Part shown: piece after piece, positions 57,932 through 64,000 of the stretch
Layout: the number at the start of each line of letters is the position of its first letter
How positions within the stretch are numbered: the first letter of the stretch is position 1
Assembly (NCBI RefSeq): GCF_013377255.1
Contig: NZ_CP016614.1
Location: 1,620,021-1,684,020 of the forward strand
Origin: Mannheimia granulomatis
GTDB lineage: Bacteria > Pseudomonadota > Gammaproteobacteria > Enterobacterales > Pasteurellaceae
Direction of reading: 5' to 3'
Length of the DNA stretch: 64,000 nucleotides
Program-made: the position numbers and the translations under genes
Notes under the pieces: generated by a model
Seen by the model: the letters and a program-made list of their open reading frames with translations, nothing else
The model's database searches: none
What the model was told of the DNA's origin: nothing

Positions 57932-59015
57932 TATTTACATCCTTCCAATAGCTATAATTATCAATTAAATGATTTAATAAATAGACTACAATATTCTTTT
58001 CAGCTTCTGTTGGCTCTGCCACTTCATCGTCGGTTAATGTTGAATGGCTAAATCGATTAACTTGTCTAGTATATAACTCTTTCTCATCTGGCAACAATTC
58101 AGACCATTTTGCATAACCCAAAAAGTTAGCAGTTTTTTCATAAAGATTTCGTAACAAAGTAAAGTGATACTTTTGAATCTCTCTATTTATAATAGCCTCT
58201 TCAATAGTCTTCTTTAAAAATAAATGATAAGAAAATGCTTTATTGGAATCTCCTTTTTTCTCATCTAGCTCAAAACTGCCATCATCATGCTTTTTAAGAA
58301 AATAACCATTTTTTAAACCTAATTCATTATATAAAACATTATAAAACAATGTGTTATGCGTAGAGATTACAAATTTTAAACCACTTACAGACTTAGTTAA
58401 ATCTGCTAAATCAATTGCTAATTGTATTAGATGATTTTCATCTAATGAGCTAACTGGATCATCTATAAAAATATACTGCAACTTATTAAAATCTTGAGTG
58501 GAACGATCACTCTCGTCCATTTTCAACTCTTCGATTACTGATTTAAGTAGCGAGTAAAAAACACTCCATACAAAATTACTTTCTTCTCCTTTTGAAATTT
58601 TAATATTATCTTCTACTTCATCATTACCTCTAGTAAAAGAAAAGGTAACTTCATTAAAGTCCTCGCTAAATTTTGGTGTCAGTTTATCATTGGTATAGCG
58701 TTGAAAATGAGTAATAATATTTTGGTCTTGAGCCTGATCTTTTAATACCCAGTTGGTGAAACTATTTGGCTGAATTTTCAACTTAGGCTGACTATCTTCA
58801 TTTAAATCATTATCCCAATAAAACAGATCTTCAGTAAATGCGTTATAGTAAAGAATGTCATTTCTTGCAAATTCACTATGATTCTTGGGGGAAACTAATT
58901 CTTTAAATGCTCTTGAAAGCCTTGTTTTACCTGAACCATTAAACGCGTAAATGAGTTGAACTTTCTGCTGTTTGTCCCTTAGCATTGTTGCAATTTCAGT
59001 CAAATCTTTACTCAT
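57921..59015 (-). CDS. prrC: PrrC-like anticodon nuclease (ABC-type NTPase N-domain + R-x3-E...H nuclease motif)
   Basis: Walker A FNGSGKT and Walker B/D-loop [13 protein letters not shown]-terminal LLRNLYE followed 31 residues later by RFSHS, matching PrrC Arg320-x3-Glu324...His356. Sits between hsdS and hsdR, as in the E. coli prr locus. Confidence 0.55.
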   Translation of the reverse strand: MSKDLTEIATMLRDKQQKVQLIYAFNGSGKTRLSRAFKELVSPKNHSEFARNDILYYNAFTEDLFYWDNDLNEDSQPKLKIQPNSFTNWVLKDQAQDQNIITHFQRYTNDKLTPKFSEDFNEVTFSFTRGNDEVEDNIKISKGEESNFVWSVFYSLLKSVIEELKMDESDRSTQDFNKLQYIFIDDPVSSLDENHLIQLAIDLADLTKSVSGLKFVISTHNTLFYNVLYNELGLKNGYFLKKHDDGSFELDEKKGDSNKAFSYHLFLKKTIEEAIINREIQKYHFTLLRNLYEKTANFLGYAKWSELLPDEKELYTRQVNRFSHSTLTDDEVAEPTEAEKNIVVYLLNHLIDNYSYWKDVNNEP

Positions 59016-59030
59016 AATCTTACTACCTTA

Positions 59031-60317
59031 TTATTTAGGAAAATCCAACAACTGCTCCCGATAATACTCATACTGTTTCCGTCTTAACGCAATTTCTTTC
59101 GGTAATCCTTCGCTGATAGAATTAGTCAAGCGATCGAATTTATCTAAAATTTTGACAATTTTTTGTTGTTCTGTTAATGAAGGAACAGGAATCTCATATT
59201 TCAAAAAATTATTTGAATTAAGGCGAATGACTTTTGTTCCTTGTGCATATTTTTCTTTATATTTTGCAAAACGTTCTGTTTGCAATAAATAGGTAAGATA
59301 TTTTGTTTCTAAATCATTATTAGGTCTAAATGCAAACATATCACCTGAAAAAACTATTTCATCGCCTAACCAACCTAATGGTTTCATTACATCTTCAATG
59401 TTTTCACTTGTCCCCGCAATTAACACATCGCCTTTTCTGGCTTTTTTGAGTTTTTTGGCTAATTCAACAGAAACAAAAGACTTCGTTTTATCTGCAAAAG
59501 TACTATAATAAGTATAAATCTGCCCATAATGAATTGCAGGTACTCCACTTTCAGTAAAATCTTTTTTCTGTAATCCATTTCCACGAATTAACTCACCAAC
59601 TTCCCCCAAAGCCTTAAACACCACTTGACCACTGTGGTACAAGGCTTTGGTGATGTCATTATACCCCCCCCTATCTAAATCTTGCGGGAATGTCAATAGG
59701 GTTTCTCGGTAATATTGATATTGTTTTTTCCGCAGTGCTAATTCAGCTTCCAGCGTAGCTTCCAGCTCAGTGAATTTGTCAAGTGTTTTTACAATTTTTT
59801 CTTGGGTTGAGAGTGGGGGGATTGGGATTATTATTTTAGCTAATTCCTTCATTGGAACACTTTTAACCGTACCTCCAGCAGATTTACTTAAAAAATCTTT
59901 TCTAATGAAATCTATTTCAAAAAGATATAAAAGGAATTTAGGCAAAATTATATTCTTCTTTGGTTTTATGGCATAAACTCCTTCTTTGATATTCCAATTC
60001 CTAGGTTCTTTGTCAATCAGTGCTACATTTCCAATAGTCCCTGTTCCAGAAAATAAAATATCTCCAATTTCTAAATTAGAACGGTTATTACATAATTTCA
60101 ACGCTTCATCATTTAATTTATCAGTTTTATCAGTAAAAATGATTTTATGATTTTGTAATTCTCTAATTGTTACATAGTAATTAGTTGCATCAGGTGTATT
60201 TAATGTAAAAAATTGTCTTGGATTTAAACCTGTTTTTATCGAATGACAAACTTCCCCCAAAGGCTTCCACTCAACCTCAGCCCCATTTAATAATTTCTCA
60301 ATAATTTGATTACTCAT
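59031..60317 (-). CDS. hsdS: Type I restriction-modification specificity subunit HsdS (two target-recognition domains, type IC-like)
   Basis: Two variable target-recognition domains separated and followed by the conserved repeats ELALRKKQYQYYRETLLTFP and EIALRRKQYEYYREQLLDFP. Confidence 0.9.
   Translation of the reverse strand: MSNQIIEKLLNGAEVEWKPLGEVCHSIKTGLNPRQFFTLNTPDATNYYVTIRELQNHKIIFTDKTDKLNDEALKLCNNRSNLEIGDILFSGTGTIGNVALIDKEPRNWNIKEGVYAIKPKKNIILPKFLLYLFEIDFIRKDFLSKSAGGTVKSVPMKELAKIIIPIPPLSTQEKIVKTLDKFTELEATLEAELALRKKQYQYYRETLLTFPQDLDRGGYNDITKALYHSGQVVFKALGEVGELIRGNGLQKKDFTESGVPAIHYGQIYTYYSTFADKTKSFVSVELAKKLKKARKGDVLIAGTSENIEDVMKPLGWLGDEIVFSGDMFAFRPNNDLETKYLTYLLQTERFAKYKEKYAQGTKVIRLNSNNFLKYEIPVPSLTEQQKIVKILDKFDRLTNSISEGLPKEIALRRKQYEYYREQLLDFPK
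59664..59671 (-). repeat. G8 homopolymer in hsdS (C8 on the + strand), codons R-G-G of the DLDRGGYND segment at the start of the second target-recognition domain
   Basis: Read directly: ATACCCCCCCCTATC. Confidence 0.9.
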
Positions 60318-60320
60318 TTT

Positions 60321-60390
60321 GCAAATTTTCCTGATTTTTATACCGCTTGTTTTAGATTGTGGCGAATGTAATTCACCCCTACGATGATAA
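60321..60390. repeat. Direct repeat copy B (hsdS leader), about 70 bp, containing a USS core and a short hairpin
   Basis: GCAAATTTTCCTGATTTTTATACCGCTTGTTTTAGATTGTGGCGAATGTAATTCACCCCTACGATGATAA is about 85% identical to copy A. Confidence 0.8.
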
Positions 60391-60480
60391 CCTTTGATAA
60401 AATTTCAACCGTTTTTCAAGTCTTGACAATTTAAATTATTGACCTTTTGATCCATTTCAGTATAATGACCCCCAATAACT

Positions 60481-60530
60481 CCCCTAGCTTTGCCAACCCA
60501 CGAGGTTGGAACTACAAGGTTGGGGGCTTT
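60481..60530. repeat. GC-rich nested inverted repeat downstream of abi
   Basis: CCCCTAGC...CCAACCCACGAGGTTGG...GGTTGGGGG. Confidence 0.5.
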
Positions 60531-60534
60531 CTTT

Positions 60535-61446
60535 TTAGGCTTTCTGCCATAATTTCCACTGACTCAAATCTGTCACAATACCCATTTGTTGTAAATTAAT
60601 CGCATCATTTTCAACATTGGGAAATTCTTCCAAAAGTGCCAAAAATCTTGCTCCCCAAGTTGAATTTGGGCAAATCACATCTAACATACGCTTCATTAAA
60701 CAAAAATAGACAAAAGGCTGAGCAACATTAAGCTGTTTCCATTGTGCATCTTGTAAGCCTTTCAGATTTGCTTTGAAAATAATCGGCTTATTCCACAAGC
60801 GGCTATGATGAGCGGAGACATTTCGGATAAAATTAAAAGCGTGCAAATGCGTTTGTAAATGTTTCCCGTCTTTTAAGTGATAAATTTTGGCAATGCGGTC
60901 TTTATCTTTCGATAACATTCCCTTGTAAAGCATCGACATTGTGCCGAAATCCCATACTTCGCTGGCTGCCCAAATCGGTAAATCGCCATAATGTTCTAAA
61001 TGATGCTTAACAAAACTACTTTCTGATTCTCTATTGATTAGATTTTGATATTTATCTAACCATTTTTGATGTTCAAAGTGCGGTTCAAAATACTGTGATT
61101 TTTGATGAACTAATGGTTCATATTTACCTAATTCATAGGCAATACTCACTCTTAAAGCAATTTCAATACGTTCTAAAGCATCAAGTGCTAACTGTCTGAG
61201 CTTTTTGTCAAAAATATACAATGCTTTTACATCTTCAAAACGGCTATTAGGAATAAACTGATCTAGCCGATTTTTAGGATTGCCTGGATCTATTTGTCGA
61301 AAAGAATACAGATACCCACTTAGCCGATAATAACCAAGACTTTTCAAGTAGCCTAAAGCTTTCTTTTCGTCATTAATCAATAGCCCTCTTTCTTGTAAAA
61401 GATCGAGTTGTTCATTAAAACTTTTCCAAAGTTTCTGCTGCTTCAT
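60535..61446 (-). CDS. Abi_2-family abortive infection protein (AbiD/AbiF-like)
   Basis: N-terminal ...SFNEQLDLLQERGLLINDEKKALGYLKSLGYYRLSGYLYSF and the RNVSAHHSRLWN motif, both characteristic of Pfam Abi_2. Start set at MKQQKLW (ATG); the ORF track begins at an upstream TTG. Confidence 0.65.
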   Translation of the reverse strand: MKQQKLWKSFNEQLDLLQERGLLINDEKKALGYLKSLGYYRLSGYLYSFRQIDPGNPKNRLDQFIPNSRFEDVKALYIFDKKLRQLALDALERIEIALRVSIAYELGKYEPLVHQKSQYFEPHFEHQKWLDKYQNLINRESESSFVKHHLEHYGDLPIWAASEVWDFGTMSMLYKGMLSKDKDRIAKIYHLKDGKHLQTHLHAFNFIRNVSAHHSRLWNKPIIFKANLKGLQDAQWKQLNVAQPFVYFCLMKRMLDVICPNSTWGARFLALLEEFPNVENDAINLQQMGIVTDLSQWKLWQKA

Positions 61447-61460
61447 ATTTATAATTATTT

Positions 61461-61535
61461 GCAAATTTTTCTGATTTTTATACCGCTTGTTTTTATGTCT
61501 TAGGGCGAATATGATTCGCTGCTACGATGATAATC
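61461..61535. repeat. Direct repeat copy A (upstream of abi), about 75 bp, with a USS core and a GCGAAT/ATTCGC hairpin
   Basis: GCAAATTTTTCTGATTTTTATACCGCTTGTTTTTATGTCTTAGGGCGAATATGATTCGCTGCTACGATGATAATCC. Confidence 0.8.
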
Positions 61536-61595
61536 CTGATTTTGGGAATATTTATCTATTTTTGTAGGGGCGGATTATATCCGCCCTCTAATCAT

Positions 61596-63143
61596 TTATC
61601 CGTTTTCAATCTCCGCCACTATTTCATCAATTTCCCTCCGCAAGCGGTCAATTTTTGCCACCGTTTCACTAATTTCGGCATTGAGTTCAGTAATGTTAAT
61701 CACTTCTCGGGTATCTTTTTGTTCGACATAAGAGCTTACCGCAAGATTGTACTCATTATCCGCAATTTTGCGATTATCGACTGATTTTGCTAAATGATCC
61801 ACATCGGCTTTATCAGAAAAAAGTTGGAGAATTTCAGCAATATGCTCATCGGTTAGTACATTATTGTTGGTTTCTTTCTTAAACAGTTCGCTTGCATCAA
61901 TAAACTGGGTTTTTGTATCAGTTTTATGCTTGGAAAGCACTAAAATATTCGTTGCAATACTTGTGCCAAAGAAAAGATTTGGCGGTAGTGCAATTACGGT
62001 TTCTACAACATTTTGCTCAATGAGATATTGACGAATTTTTTGCTCTGCACCGCTACGATAGAAAATACCGGGGAAAGTGACAATCGCAGCACGCCCTTTT
62101 GCTGAAAGATAATTTAAGGCGTGCAGAATAAAGGCAAAATCGGCTTTGGATTTCGGTGCGAGAATACCCGCCGGTGCAAAACGCTCATCATTAATTAATG
62201 TTGGGTCATCAGAACCAATCCATTTAATCGAATAAGGCGGATTAGATACAATCGCATCAAAAGGTTTATCATCTTTTAATTTTGGGTTGATCAGCGTATC
62301 GCCCAATTCAATATGGAATTTGTCATAATTGATATTATGCAAAAACATATTCATACGAGCGAGGTTGTAGGTGGTATGATTGATCTCTTGCCCAAAGAAG
62401 CCTTCTTCAATCACGTGATCATCAAATTGTTTTTTCGCTTGTAGTAATAACGAGCCAGAACCACAAGCCGGATCATAAATTTTATTAACAGTAGTTTGTC
62501 CATATAAAGCTAGTTGTGCAATCAATTTAGACACATTTTGCGGAGTGAAAAACTCTCCACCAGATTTACCAGCATTTGCTGCATAGTTTGAAATCAGAAA
62601 CTCATAAGCATCACCAAACAAATCAATTTGATTATCTTCAAAACGACCAAAATCGAGTTCCGCTACGCCTTTTAATACCGCAGCAAGACGTTTACTTTTT
62701 TCACTGACACTACTGCCCAATTTACTTGATCTTGTATCAAAATCAGCAAATAAGCCTTTAATATCTTGTTCCGATGGATAACCTACAGCAGAACTTTCAA
62801 TAGCCTCAAAAATCTCAGCCAATTCAGTATTGAGTGCCTGATTTTGGTGTGCAGTTTTTGCTACATTTTTAAATAACTGACTTGGATAAATAAAATAGCC
62901 TTTGGTTTTAATCGCATCTTCTTTAATGCCAAATGCATCAATTTCTTCATCGGAATAGGTAGAATAATCAACACTTTCATCACCGTTAGCGATATATTCT
63001 GCAAAATTTTCACTAATAAATCGGTAAAACAATGTGCCTAATACATATTGCTTAAAATCCCAACCATCTACCGCTCCACGAACTTCGTTTGCAATTCGCC
63101 AGATTTGACGCTGGAGTTCTGCTCTTTGTTGAATAGTTGCCAT
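61596..63143 (-). CDS. hsdM: Type I restriction-modification methyltransferase subunit HsdM (N6-adenine, type IC-like)
   Basis: NPPYSIKW motif IV, AdoMet motif ([11 protein letters not shown]), N-terminal HsdM_N domain; 515 aa. Confidence 0.92.
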   Translation of the reverse strand: MATIQQRAELQRQIWRIANEVRGAVDGWDFKQYVLGTLFYRFISENFAEYIANGDESVDYSTYSDEEIDAFGIKEDAIKTKGYFIYPSQLFKNVAKTAHQNQALNTELAEIFEAIESSAVGYPSEQDIKGLFADFDTRSSKLGSSVSEKSKRLAAVLKGVAELDFGRFEDNQIDLFGDAYEFLISNYAANAGKSGGEFFTPQNVSKLIAQLALYGQTTVNKIYDPACGSGSLLLQAKKQFDDHVIEEGFFGQEINHTTYNLARMNMFLHNINYDKFHIELGDTLINPKLKDDKPFDAIVSNPPYSIKWIGSDDPTLINDERFAPAGILAPKSKADFAFILHALNYLSAKGRAAIVTFPGIFYRSGAEQKIRQYLIEQNVVETVIALPPNLFFGTSIATNILVLSKHKTDTKTQFIDASELFKKETNNNVLTDEHIAEILQLFSDKADVDHLAKSVDNRKIADNEYNLAVSSYVEQKDTREVINITELNAEISETVAKIDRLRREIDEIVAEIENG

Positions 63144-63174
63144 TTATTTGTTCCTAATATTACTCGTATACTAA

Positions 63175-63245
63175 AGCGGTCGAATTTCCCCAAATTTTTG
63201 CACATTGTTTATTTGCAAAATTCTCTGAAAAAACGACCGCTTGTT
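63175..63245. repeat. Inverted USS pair between gyrA and hsdM
   Basis: AAGCGGTCGAA ... ACGACCGCTTGTT. Confidence 0.8.
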
Positions 63246-63254
63246 TGAGTGAGA

Positions 63255-64000
63255 TTATTCTTCTGTTGATGTTTCTACATTTTCCGCGTTTTCAACTGCT
63301 TCGATGTTTTCATCATCTTCTTCAGGCTCGCACACTCGTTCTAAACTCACAACATGTTCATCTTCTGCGGTACGAATAATGCGAACGCCTTGGGTATTTC
63401 GTCCAACTAGGCTGACTTCAGCAACCCTTGTGCGAACTAGTGTGCCGGCATCGGTAATCAGCATAATTTGGTCGGTATCAAACACCTGAACTGCCGCAAC
63501 CACTTTACCATTACGTTCATTCACTTTGATAGAAACCACACCTTTTGTTGCACGAGATTTCACCGGATATTCGCCAATGACGGTACGTTTACCGTAGCCG
63601 TTTTGGGTGACAGTTAAAATATCGCCTTCGGTGCGAGGAATGACCAATGAAACCACGCGGTCGGTGTCTAGGCTCACGCTGGTTGAATCTTCCGCTTCCT
63701 CATTTTCAATTTCGATGATTTCTGCGTCTTCAATTTCATCACTTGAAATTTCGGTAGTAGCAAGTTTGATACCACGTACACCTGTTGCGGTACGGCCCAT
63801 TGCACGCACGGCTTTTTCTGCAAAGCGAACCACTCGACCTTGTGCCGAGAACAACATAATTTCGCTTTCGCCGTCTGTGATGTCCACACCGATTAATTCA
63901 TCGCCTTCGCGAAGTTTTAATGCAATTAGACCGCTTGATCTGACGTTGCTGAATGCATCTAACGAAACTTTTTTCACCACACCACTTGCGGTTGCCATAA
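63255..64000 (-). CDS. gyrA: DNA gyrase subunit A, C-terminal part (the gene's 5' end lies beyond the window end)
   Basis: Beta-pinwheel repeats ([16 protein letters not shown]) plus the acidic tail [22 protein letters not shown] typical of GyrA. Confidence 0.85.
   Translation of the reverse strand, partial: MATASGVVKKVSLDAFSNVRSSGLIALKLREGDELIGVDITDGESEIMLFSAQGRVVRFAEKAVRAMGRTATGVRGIKLATTEISSDEIEDAEIIEIENEEAEDSTSVSLDTDRVVSLVIPRTEGDILTVTQNGYGKRTVIGEYPVKSRATKGVVSIKVNERNGKVVAAVQVFDTDQIMLITDAGTLVRTRVAEVSLVGRNTQGVRIIRTAEDEHVVSLERVCEPEEDDENIEAVENAENVETSTEE

Noticed and set aside
61527-61784. 85-aa + strand ORF overlapping the hsdM 3' end
   Set aside because: Overlaps hsdM antisense; no homology; starts in the repeat region.

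Overview
This 64-kb window is a Pasteurellaceae chromosomal segment of housekeeping genes that ends in a type IC restriction-modification island with an embedded anticodon nuclease and an abortive-infection gene. The lineage call rests on the 9-mer uptake signal ACAAGCGGT and its reverse complement, which occur about 30 times, often as inverted pairs that double as terminators (Actinobacillus/Mannheimia/Glaesserella-type dialect; about 38-40% GC by eye). Most of the window is single-copy housekeeping genes with E. coli-like products. The gene order is: bamD (3' end), tsaD, cyaY, recQ, infC (AUU start)-rpmI-rplT, a small lipoprotein, a truC-like pseudouridine synthase, a gpmB-like phosphatase, satP, plsB, lexA, mutH, a TerC-family protein, nagZ, rlmC, eno, apbC/mrp, an orphan family-5 binding-protein lipoprotein, a MarC-family protein, ppiD, rpsO, a DUF808 protein, the hemCDXY operon, adhE (with a perfect FNR box upstream), a flotillin, an orphan UPF0210/DUF711 gene, amiB, tsaE-orn, coaD-waaA, trhP/yegQ, cybC, dnaE, lptFG, pepA, an OLD-family YbjD-like nuclease, ppnN, tcdA and uup. 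The outstanding region is 54.9-63.1 kb, between uup and the 3' end of gyrA. It holds a low-GC type IC hsd locus in the order hsdM - Abi_2-family abortive-infection gene - hsdS - PrrC-like anticodon nuclease - hsdR. The abi gene sits in the hsdM-hsdS junction as a cassette flanked by about 70-bp direct repeats. The hsdS gene carries a G8 homopolymer at the start of its second target-recognition domain, a candidate phase-variation site. I recognised no rRNA, tRNA, CRISPR array, integrase or transposase.
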